DNA of 64,000 bases from Octopus vulgaris (Eukaryota), in NCBI GenBank assembly GCA_951406725.2, contig OX597814.1:89218001-89282000 (forward strand), written 5' to 3'. How positions within the stretch are numbered: position 1 is the stretch's first letter; each line of letters opens with the position of its first letter. Below the pieces are notes generated by a model. The model was given only the letters and a program-made list of their open reading frames with translations, was not told the origin of the DNA and did not search any database. This document shows positions 41,193 through 52,688 of this stretch, in pieces. A program made the position numbers and the translations under genes.

Positions 41193-41415
41193 GTTCTGTT
41201 GTGTCTGGGGAGAGTCATTTTCTTTTTGTGCCTTATAATTTAACACACTCACCGGTAAAATTTCCACTTCTTTCTTTTTTTTCCTCCTAAAATTTTCGTT
41301 GCGTCTCGCAAAAATTTTAGGAAAATAAAAATAAGAAATAAGTGGAAATTTTACCGGTGAGTGTGTTAAATTATAAGGCACAAAAAGAAAATGACTCTCC
41401 CCAGACACAACAGAA
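41193..41415. repeat. Near-perfect palindrome
   Basis: ttctgttgtgtctggggagagtcattttc...accggtaaaatttccactt is mirrored around a centre ttcgttgcgtctcgcaa. Confidence 0.9.
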
Positions 41416-42446
41416 TATGCTTCAACACACGAACTCACATAAAGAATCTTGCAAACCAAATCCCAAAACGAAATATGTGTGTGGGTGTATATGTATATAC
41501 GTGGATCTAGTCTTTCTCATTCGCAAAATGAGCCCCCTTAAATTTGCTCAGATCACTTTCAGTTTTGGTGTATCGATGCAACTCTGAATTTTGATTACGA
41601 TCAACCAATTACTTTATCTCGTAAATCAAAGAATCTGATGTTAGTTGTCATTCAAGTTAGGAAATATAGGGAATCATTAGACAGCATAGCATTAGCAGCT
41701 TGTTACCATGACAACCGAACAATGTTGTGGTCCACTGACGTTTGTGCCGCTGTTGTCTATGTTGATTTCACCCGCGTGTTTTGTTTTAATTTTTCTTTGT
41801 GTTTGTATATTACGTATTTTCCTGTGCTTCTGTGTGTTAGTATTTTTCTATGCTTTTTCTGAGTGTTAGTATTTTAAATACTAAGTTGGCCCCTGACTTG
41901 GTTGGCTATCTACACCTGTTTATATCGAACACAAACAGACATTTGCGTGTTGTTAAATATATATTTCAGGAAAAACAGCCCTCTTTATATTCAATAAGGT
42001 TGGTGGTACCTTGGAGGTACATATCATTGTGACAAACGTATTAATTACCAAGGTGATCCACGACTTGACTGGTTATCCAGGCCGGTTACACGAAGTATAG
42101 GTGTGAATGTGTGTTGTTTTATATAATTTCGGGAGACATTAATGTATTTCTACTAATGCTAAGTTTTATGGTACCCTGGTAGTACTGCATTATTACATAT
42201 ATTAAATACCAAGGTTGCTCTCGATTTAGCTGGTTATCCACGCCAGATAAATCGAAAACAGACTTACATAAAGTACAGTTGGGTGTGTGTATATATGAAG
42301 TAATGGCTGAGGTGGAATTGTGTAACAATCATGCATTTCTTAAATGAGGAAGAACAAACACTCCATCGCGATTCTTCCACGTTTCTTTTACATTCTTTAA
42401 CTTTAATTGCCACGACAACGAAGCTTCTGTAACGGACGCTTAAAGG

Positions 42447-42499
<53 letters not shown>

Positions 42500-42503
<4 letters not shown>

Positions 42504-43509
42504 ATATATACATGAATACGGACATAGTAGATAACAGCTAGCCCTCGGCTGCACTTTTGCACCCTGATGTGTCCACGCTGATTGGTTGGTATTGGCGCAA
42601 TTTGTCTCTTGCTCTATTATGCACCAATATGCAACCCAACCAATAGCAGCCTTCTGATAAGGTCACGTGAGACAGTCATTTCTAAACCTCAGTTTGCGCC
42701 GACTGTTCACTATAAAATGCTAGCTTCAATACCGTCTTTCGGTTCCAGACCTTCTAAGGTCTAACACACTGCCAGTTCCAGCGACAACCACAACAGCAGC
42801 TCACGTGGAGACTCAACTTTCAGGATCTCCATCTCTGTCGCCTCCGTCTTAATGTCATCAACAACATCTCTCTACACACACAGCAACCAGCAACTGTCAC
42901 ACAGGTCTATCCCCTCACTGTTTATGAATTATTTCACCATGGTTTACAGCGGGTACAACCTGCAAGAACTTCCTGTATCAAGTGACCGGCAGCAGTATAG
43001 TAGCCACAACATCTTACAAGACATGTGCCTCAACCAGTTCCGCTTCTTCATCACAACTTCTTGTTACAGCACTTCAACTATTGTGTACCTTGGCTACAAA
43101 CTTGTATTTATCATCCTTGTGTCTGAACATTCTTCTAACATCATATTATAGACTCTTTCAATGCTCTGTACTTAACACACGCGCATATATTCCATGTTTG
43201 TACACATACATTTTGTATACATGATGACCTGTCTATTATTATATATGTATTTATGACACACACACACAGGCACACATATTAACCTATCAATAAAATCTCT
43301 TAAAATTCTACCGGTTGTGTCTCTCTTTTCCTTCTGGCACTTGTACTCATTCATACTTTTTGTATTTATTGTAATCAACCGTGTGATGTTCTAAAGGAGT
43401 CCCATTCTCATCACCGCTCCTTCGCACGGTCATTCTACACTTCTAAGGAAGAAAACTTCCACAAAACCCAACGTCCAAAGTACATGTGGTGTATATATAA
43501 GTATATATA

Positions 43510-43513
<4 letters not shown>
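42500..43513 (+). mobile_element. Possible solo LTR / Pol II promoter cassette
   Basis: TGTTATATATAC ... GTATATATAAACA ends; four CCAAT/ATTGG boxes, E-box GTCACGTGA (42662), TATAAAA (42711), AATAAA (43289); no TSD visible between (CT)n and (AT)n. Confidence 0.45.
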
Positions 43514-43545
<32 letters not shown>

Positions 43546-43633
43546 GAGGAATAGCCACCAAAGTGGATTCCTAATATGCAATTTGGCGTCTTCTTCTAGC
43601 ATATTAGGAATCCACCTTGGTGGCTATTCCTCC
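43546..43633. repeat. Palindrome with arms of about 34 bp
   Basis: gaggaatagccaccaaagtggattcctaatatgc / gcatattaggaatccaccttggtggctattcctc. Confidence 0.88.
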
Positions 43634-43745
43634 TATTTATATATGTAATGTAATTCATAGTCTTTGGACATTTTTAAGTATGCTAGCCACTGGTTTAAAT
43701 TAATATTAATTAATAATATTAATTTCTACCCTCATTATTTAACCT

Positions 43746-43827
<82 letters not shown>

Positions 43828-44787
43828 AGTTGTTAAAACATAGTTTTCTTTATGAAACAAACTTAAGAGTGACCTCTCCTCTTCACTTTTTCCTTCTTCA
43901 ATCCAAAACAACTTTTCCCACTCACCGAGAAATTAAGTTTGAGAACAAATGTATGTGTGTGTGTATTTCTTCCAACATAATATTGAGATTTTTGACATTT
44001 GGGTTCTTAAAACATTTCTTATTATCTTTATTTTTTAAAAGTATTTTCATTGCAAATAAAGTTGATTTCTTCCAACATTAATTAGTGTAAATATAATCAG
44101 TAAATTCAGCATTAATAATAAAAGGTGCTAATTAAGAACATTTCGCAAAAACATATAAGATACAGGGATTGTTTTCCTTGGGACAAATTCTTTGTTGACC
44201 AGTGCTATTCTTATTGTAGTTTACAAATCCAAGCATGAAAACGTTACTCAACTTTGGAGTTTTGGAAACAGACGCACACATCACACGCACATACATACAC
44301 TTATATATTAATGATGTACATAAATACAGGGCAGGTATACATAATACTGAAATATGCATAAAGTAAACACAGGCAGACAAATATATTAATATAACAAATT
44401 TAAAACAAATAAAAATAATACTATCAAAGAATGAGAAAGACTAGATCCAGACGATACATGTTGATTTTATTAGGTATTTCTGTTTATTAACGAATCTACA
44501 TTGAAACTAGGTATTTCTGTTTATTTACAAACCTACAATGAACAGGTCAGACGCTACATTTCACAGGGAACAACCTTAGAAAATTTCTGCCTTGCTATTG
44601 GCTAAAAAATACCCAGTTTCTTTGATTTTTAAACCTCTGTAACTTTTTTCTCCCATTTTTCTTCTCCATGACATCATACCATCAGAGCAGTGTTGAGTGG
44701 AGTGCTACATTATTATAGCCAATTTCCAGAATTTTACTGTCTTATACAAAAAGTATATTTTGCGAATGAAAACTAGATCCATATATA

Positions 44788-44836
<49 letters not shown>

Positions 44837-45527
44837 ATAAGGAAAGTAAGACAAGGTAGAAAATACTAAAATAATTTTATCATGAAGAACATTTTAGTAT
44901 ACAGTGGAGTGTTAGTATCCATATCTGTTCAAAATCAGGCTCCAACAATTATAAATATAAATAAAATATAGGTATGAACATATATAAAAAGATGTGATTC
45001 AAAGTATAGCTACAAATCTCCAAGCGCTCCAATACTAATACTAATAAGATATACATTTACACCATAATCCATGTGTGCACAATATTTTATATGCAAAACC
45101 ATACTTGTCTTTACCTATTCTCTAAAACTCCCCGCATATGCACATGTATATGATAACATAAATATATCTATAGATCCACAAATACTCCAATTAGAATATT
45201 AATTAGATACATATTTTTATACCTAGATTAACACGTGTACTCCAATTTATACATACAGACCCAACCCAGTTCAAATTCTCATCTTGAACTCTGCATATTT
45301 ATATATGTGTATATTCATTTTCAAAATATGTATGAAGATATCTAAAAAGAATCAATTGAATCCTACATAGTTTGCCATATATACCAATACAAGTATGAGC
45401 ACATATTTATTCATACATGTCCTAACTTATGACTACACATATATATTTGGATTACTACATATAAATGAATATATATATACACACATATATATTCCCACAT
45501 ATATGTGTGTGTGTGTATAAATATATA

Positions 45528-45576
<49 letters not shown>

Positions 45577-45919
45577 TAGATAGATAGATAGATGTGTGTG
45601 CATATACACACACAGATATGTATATAAAAGTAATAATATTAGTAATATATACTCACACATACATGTATATATGCACACAAGCATACATACCTAACTCAAT
45701 ATATACCTACTCATATATACATCTGCATATATATAATATAAAATAACAACAACAATACGAATAATTATTATATCAATAGAGGTTTAAATACTAGGTGCTA
45801 GTGGTATTTGGAAAAGGTATGCCTAGTTTTATGAAGACAGGACACATTTCATTCCTTAAGACTGTTTATAAGCAGAAGTTAGGCTTTAATTATAAAGAAA
45901 ATTTCATTAATACATAATA

Positions 45920-46333
45920 TACATGTATGTGGGAGCAACCAAAAGCAATATGAAACAGAGGCTGAATCACCATAGGTATACATTTACAAACAGAAATAGG
46001 AGGAATTCTACGGGATTAAGTAACTACATATGGGAACTTTAAGGATGATGTATGCAAATATACTCCATACATCATCTCAAAAATGCAAATATACCCTATA
46101 CTCTATCATGGTCCATACTGGAATCAGTACTTCCCTACCAAGGTCAATGCTCAATCTGCAAGCCTTGCCTGAAGGAGGCACTACATATATTAAAGCACAG
46201 CTCTCCAACACTGCTTAATAAACATAACAAGGCACTAAGCACATGCAACCGCCGCTTTTATCACACTTTTAAATTCTACCACAAATCCAAATGCCAGAAT
46301 GACCATACAGTACATTTCTGCAATACACCTTAG
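45920..46333 (+). pseudogene. Penelope-like element GIY-YIG endonuclease remnant
   Basis: YVGATKSNMKQRLNHHRYTF...NSTGLSNYIWEL / IPYTLSWSILE...CSICKPCLKEALHIL...LLNKHNKALSTC; frameshifted; followed by a long AT-rich pLTR-like tail to about 47460. Confidence 0.85.
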
Positions 46334-47344
46334 GTAATCCCAATAACCTATAAATTTACACCCTAACTCATAATCCCTATCTAGTTTCTCACATATACAA
46401 CTATCTGATTATAATCGTATGTATGTGCACACACCCATGCGCTTGTATATATGTATGAGTGAGGGTATGCATATATGCATGTGGGTATATGCAAACATAC
46501 GTACATATGCAAGGGATATATACCTGCATATGCAGGGGTGATGATGCCTGCAGATGAGCATATAAGTGAGTGTGTATGAGTGCATACGCATGCGAATAAG
46601 GATTGTGTATGTAACTTATCTGATATATACACATATATACACCTTCACATATATATTTTCTCAGATTACTAAGCACTGAACTGCTATTTCCTTAATTCTT
46701 CATATCTTTGCCCCACAATTAGACTCTACTACTATACATTGGTCACTCCTTTACCTCTTAAATCCCCCCCATTCCTCTATCTTTTACACTATAATACCTT
46801 TCTCTCTCTATCCCCACTCCTACTTTCAAATTATCTCCACTAACCACTGACTGATCTATATCTTAATTTTTCTTTTTTCTTTATTCCTATCTTCAGGGTT
46901 TTTATTCTTTATTTTTTTATTATTTTGTTATTTTTACTAATCTTCTCTCTCCTTTCTTTTTCATTTTTCATTCTCTCCTCTTTTTTCTCTTCCCTTTTTT
47001 TTCTCTTTCTTTCATTCCTCTCTTCCTGTTTTCAATTTGATCATACTAATACACTCCCTATTTCTAGAATCATTTTAAATACAAGCCTTTGACTTCCTAC
47101 TGGGAATGACCAAATTTAAAAATCTGCTGGGTCTCACTCATAAGGAAATCTTACATTGCTTATAAACTCTATATTTAGGACTCATATTAAACTCTGTTGA
47201 ACGTTTGGATTTTACTCAAAAGATATTGAAATATTACATATATACCGTTATGCCTATAAAACGGATTTACAACTTCAATACCCATACATATTTTACATCT
47301 ATTTGTATCACATCTAAACTATGACTTAATTTTCCTCTCACACC

Positions 47345-47393
47345 GTCTCCAATGAAGGGATATTATTAATTAATCTAGAAGCAGCTGTAAGAC
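47345..47393 (+). ncRNA. Decayed hammerhead ribozyme in the Penelope 3' pLTR
   Basis: GTCT-CCAATGA-AGGGAT...ATCTA-GAAGC-AGCT-GTA-AGAC; helix I GTCT/AGAC and the helix III palindrome are kept, with three core substitutions. Confidence 0.65.
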
Positions 47394-47799
47394 CTTCTAT
47401 CTATAAATGCTCTAATATCTATACAGCCTTGGTTTTTTATCTTATTATGCAAAAAATTCTTATATACACATACTGACATAGAACCAACGTTAAACCCTTT
47501 ATTCGCAATATTACCTAATCTGGAACTTGACTACTGTCTGTCTATAGCACTTATTCAGCATTACCTGACACCTTTGGGTCTCAATGACACCATTATCTCT
47601 TATATATTTATATATTCTTTGTGCCACATGGACTCAACTCTCCTCCCCTCTTCATCTAACCCTCCTCCCCTCTCCCTCTCACACCTACTTCCTCTCACCC
47701 ACCTCTCCTCTCTTGCTCCGACTCCTACTCTCCTTCTCTCTTCTCTTCACTCCTATCCACCTTCTCCCTTCCCCCCTCTCCCTTTATCGTCACCCCTCC

Positions 47800-48830
47800 C
47801 TAGTAAAGATGTCAAACAAGGACAATTGCTCACACAATGCCGCCTGATTGTTTGGGATGAATGCACAATGGCTCACAAGGGTGCCCTTGAGGCATTAGAT
47901 AGCCATAAAGGAAAGTCACAAACCAATGGGGGGGGGGGGTCACTGTCTTGCTATCAGAGGACTTTAGACAAACCTTGCCAGTGATTACAAAAGCACAAGG
48001 GCTGGTGAAGTAATGGTGTGTCTTAAGTCTTCCCCTCTATGGGGTCATGTTGTTATTTTAAAGTTAGAATCCAACATGAGAGTGCACCTCCATGAGGACC
48101 AATTGTCAGAAGATTTTGTGAGGGACATTCACCTTCTTGGCAGTGGTGAAGTTCCAGAAGATAGAAATGAAGATGTTGACATAAGTAACATTTGCACAAT
48201 AGCCAGTACTATCCTGAGTCTTCAGGACCAGGCTTTCACAGGCTTAGAAGTCCACAATGGAGATCTAGATTGGACTTGCCAAAGAGCCATTTTGGCTCCT
48301 AAAAACGTTGTGGTCAGTGCAATCAACAACAGCCTCTTACTGTGTTTGCCTGGGGACGCAACAGTCTACAAATCAGTAGACACCATTCCCAATCAGGATG
48401 AGGTAGTTGACTATCCCACTGAATTTTTGGATTCCTTGGAGCCTTGAGGTGTACCTTCACATATTGTTACTCTTAAAGTGGGTAGCCCTGTTATGCTGAT
48501 AAGGAATTTAAATCCACCAATGTTGTTATCACAAAATTACTTCCCAATGACATTGAAGCAATGATTATGACCGTCTGTGGTAAAGGTCAAGAGATCTTCA
48601 TACCTTGAATCCCCCCTGTGCCTTCAGCTACTGACTTACCGTTCACATTCTACAGAGTACAGCTTCCAATTAGACCCAGTTATGCCATGTCAATTAATAA
48701 GTTCCATGGGCAGTTGGTGTCTGTCATTGGACTTTACTTAACTTAGCTGTACCATGCTTTTCACATGGTCAACTGTACGTTGGCTGCTCAAGAGTGGGTT
48801 GTAGGAACAGATTACATGCCTTCATCCCCC
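47800..48830 (+). pseudogene. Helitron-type Pif1 helicase, disrupted
   Basis: LIVWDECTMAH, DFRQTLPV, LWGHV..LESNMR, RAILAPKN, YPTEFLDSLEP, LKVGSPVMLIRNLNPP, AMSINK, FSHGQLYVGCSRV; stops and frameshifts present. Confidence 0.93.
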
Positions 48831-49199
48831 CACCTGACCTTCGTTTTAGTTCTACCAATGGAAACAAAATCAACCCTGCCAAACCCACCACTCCTACAAC
48901 TTTAAACACCCTCCCGCCCTACCTGACCTTTGTTCTAGTCCCACCTTTGGAACTAATGCTGCTTACCCTGCTTCCTCTGCTAACTCACTTCTTCACTTGA
49001 GTTCCAATGCTAGCCCTCCACCGTTTGTCAGCTGTGCCACCAAAATTACCACAGGAGTTGTGTTAGCATCGCTAATGCTCAAGCCAAAAGTTTTCCATAC
49101 TAGACTAGCAGTCAGTGCCACTTCAGCTCCAACACTCTTCATGGAGATACCTCACACTCTGACAACCAGCTCTCTACTGAGGACTTAGCTGCAGTGCTC

Positions 49200-50460
49200 C
49201 AAGGTTTATCCAAATCGAAGCTCATTAACTGGATCCCTAAGGGAGCTTAGAATAGCTTTGCTCACACGCTCTCCAGCTTGTTAAAAACCATATGTTTATC
49301 CAACAATGCATCCAACTGGCAGAAACTATTTCTGTTCTCTTGCATCTCTCTCCATGTGCATAATGTGAAATCAGGCTCCCTTACATCTTCTCTCAAGCAA
49401 CAGTTCCAGCTATTTAAGTCCACGCCAACCACTTCTCACCTCAATTTGATATCGATCATGGTGCCTACCAACAAGCAACTGATAAACCTTAAGTACACAG
49501 TCAATGCCAAATTCAGTGAATTTGACATAAATGAGGCTGTCCATCTCCTCTCTTCTCTATCCTCCCTTGCTCTGTGTGACTCTGAGTCTCTTAGATGTCT
49601 GAAAGAGATGCACCCACTGGGACCTCCAGACAATCAACTAAACTGGCCCAATCCCCCAGAATACTTGAGACCAGTCTTCACCTTTGATAACATCAGAAAG
49701 GTGATTTCATCCTTCCCTGCTGGTTCAGGTGCAGGAATTGATGGCCTTCATCCTCAACACCTCAAGAGTGGTATCTCCTTATTGGCTAGTCATACCGAAC
49801 TTGAGCTCTTAGAGAATTTGACTCAATTTGTGAACTAGTTCTCTTCAGCAAACGTCCTCCCTTATATCCACCCACAATTCTTTGGTGCAAAATTATTCAG
49901 GCTCTTTAAACCCAATGGCAACCTTTGCCCCACTGCTGTTGGCTTCACCGTCTCACTGCGAAGATGTGCTTACAATCAGTCTCTAGCTTATTGGAGGAGG
50001 AATTCTGGATGCTGTGGTCGGGGTGAGATCCACAGCTTCTGCGGCTGAGCAGAACAAAATCTTGAAATACCATGATCTGTCAGCCAACTTCATTTTTCAT
50101 CCTGTGGTGTTTGAGATGCTTGATGGGGTCGGACCACTAACTGTGAGATTCCTGTCTTGACTGGCAGCTCCCCTTGCAGAGGTAACTGGTGAGACCTGTG
50201 AGGGTGCTTGGCTGTTCCAGTGCATCAGCCTTAGCATCACCTGTGGTATCACTGCAAGCATGCTGGTTGCCTCAATAGCCATTAAAGAGGTTTCTCAGTG
50301 CCCCCAACTTTTCAACCCAAGGTGGCGAATTGTTTTTGTTTTTTTTCTCTTTTTTCCTTCTCTCTTTTTCTTTTTAACTTTTTCAATTGTGTTCTGTTTT
50401 GTCCAATTTTCTAACTTAATTTTGTAAAATGGTAAACACTGTGAAGGCAATAAAATTTGA
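49200..50460 (+). mobile_element. CRE-clade non-LTR retrotransposon remnant (RT N-part and REL endonuclease, internal deletion)
   Basis: WIPKGA...WQKLFLF...ISSFPAGSGAGIDGLHPQHLK...FFGAKLFRLFKPNGNLCPTAVG, then AAEQNKILKYHDL..FHPVVFEM...VTGE..EGAWLFQCISL; T-rich 3' UTR with AATAAA near 50449. Confidence 0.8.
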
Positions 50461-51045
50461 TATATTTTAGTTACTGATCATGCGATTAAGTAATGGTAAT
50501 AAATAAATTGATAAATAAATATCAAATTCAGTGTGTTTACAGCTTATATTTTTGTGCATAAAAATATCAGTATTTAAGCACTTACAGTATATAGAGAAAT
50601 AAAACATTTGAAAAGAAATGTTGGGGAATAAATAAGAATGAAGTAATATCATAAATACACCATATACCAAGGGCCTGTTTTATAGGGGGCAAAAGTGAGG
50701 ATTGCCCTGGGCCACCCACGATATTGGGGGTAGAAGCCTGCTATGAAGGGCATGGAGCACTCTATATAGAGAGGCCCCCACCTCCCAGTAATCTTACATG
50801 AAGAGGCTCCCTTTCAATATACAAACATTTTGACAGCTTAAAAAATGTAACGAATTCTCTTTTATCATAAATAACCATAGATTCCTTTACCAATTTATTC
50901 AATTAAATTTATTCAGTTAAAGAACTACTACTGAGTCCCAAAAGCAGCTACAATTTCCAAGAGAATTGTTGTTGCTTTTTGGACAACTACGGAGAAAAGG
51001 AAGGTAACAAATGTGTGTATATATGTATTTGTTAGTGTGTGTAAA

Positions 51046-51130
51046 TAGACTACACGTGTTTCGTGACTATATTTTCAACCTGATAGCAGTAAAATCAATT
51101 CAATTTAAATATAGTCACTCATCAGGTCCA
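51046..51130 (-). ncRNA. Type I hammerhead ribozyme, intact core (left arm of palindrome)
   Basis: Minus strand: TGGAC-CTGATGA-GTGACTATAT...ATATAGTCAC-GAAAC-ACGT-GTA-GTCTA; perfect 10-bp base of helix II. Confidence 0.9.
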
Positions 51131-51308
51131 AGATAAAAACAATAAAATAATTAAATAAATATACTTATAAGAAAATATAAATCTATATAAAAATACGTAA
51201 TTTTTCAATAAAAAATCAAGCAAAATTCAATAATATATCTTAGAATTTTTATATATATTTATATTTTCTTATAAGTATATTTATTTAATTATTTTATTGT
51301 CTTTATCT

Positions 51309-51393
51309 TGGACCTGATGAGTGACTATATTTAAATTGAATTGATTTTACTGTTATCAGTTTGAAAATATAGCCACGAAACACGTGTAGTCTA
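51309..51393 (+). ncRNA. Type I hammerhead ribozyme, intact core (right arm of palindrome)
   Basis: TGGAC-CTGATGA-GTGACTATAT...ATATAGCCAC-GAAAC-ACGT-GTA-GTCTA; one helix II mismatch; predicted cleavage after A51388. Confidence 0.88.
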
Positions 51394-51789
51394 TTAACCA
51401 ATTATATACTACTTATTTATTATTTTGTACGCTATTTAGTTCTAGGTAAATGTTTTATCGTATATTTAATTTTTTTCTGTATGGTATGATTTAATCATAT
51501 CATTGTTGAATTGCTACATGGTGATTCTTCTCTAATTTATATACATACATACACACACACACATACATATACAATTTAAAAATAGGATAAAATCTTTATA
51601 AGAAATTATCAAGTAGTTAGCGTGAAAAACTTCATAAGGGAAAAATATATTAATTTTTCCCTTTAAATATATTTATTTGTATTAAGGGCATTACTATACA
51701 CAAATGTCTCACGCTAGGAAGGACTCTTAGAGTCAAAAACTACCATAATAAACACATTGTACCCAACGCGAGTTCGGTACAATACATAC

Positions 51790-51982
<193 letters not shown>

Positions 51983-52594
51983 TGTTTGTTGGGCACACAG
52001 AAATATACATACACATGCGTGTGTGTGTGTGTGTGGTTGCCTCAGTATATCATTTAATTTATGGGACCCAAATTCCAATTACTGACAACCTCACAACTTC
52101 ATACAACTTCAGAAATTATAAATATATATATAAAAGTAAATAACTGATTTTTTACAAGTACTGTTTGTGTCGTTTAAGGCGAATAATTCATTACTAATTA
52201 ATTTAGCATATTCATCATTATAAATAAAATAAATTACTGAAGCTAATTACTCAGAGACGCCATCCGCATGAAAAACAAATGCAAGATTACAACAAAAATA
52301 CTTGAAGTATCAGTATTTTTAATTACTCAAAGATGTAATTATAAATACTTATGCATGAATATATTAAATTTCGTATGACCATCGCTATAAGTATTTTATT
52401 GTGAACCTATCTAAAATTTCATTTTTGTTGCTCTTCAACTCGCAATGTTTACCCGTGTATTTTGGCTTTACTAAATTAGGTGTCAGCTGAACAACAGAAT
52501 AAGAGAATAACTTATGTTCGCATTTGTTTATATTCCTCTCATTCCTTAGTAAACAGCTGTGTTGTCTTCGGGTGCAAATATTCCCAGAGTTCTC

Positions 52595-52688
52595 GTTAGA
52601 AACATGGCGGCACGACTTATGGTAGTACACAGATAGTCAGGCAATGGAAGTTCTTTTGTATTTATGACTCTTTTCTGACTAGGTAAGC
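52595..52688 (+). promoter_or_regulatory. Probable first exon / TSS region of a plus-strand gene
   Basis: YY1-type motif AAACATGGCGGC at 52600-52611, strong donor CTAG|GTAAGC at 52682/52683, locally retained CpGs. No downstream coding exon identified in the window. Confidence 0.55.

Noticed and set aside
43546-43633. Palindrome as pre-miRNA or ribozyme
   Set aside because: No hammerhead core; the microsatellite-flanked context matches the other repeat-derived palindromes, and there is no expression evidence.
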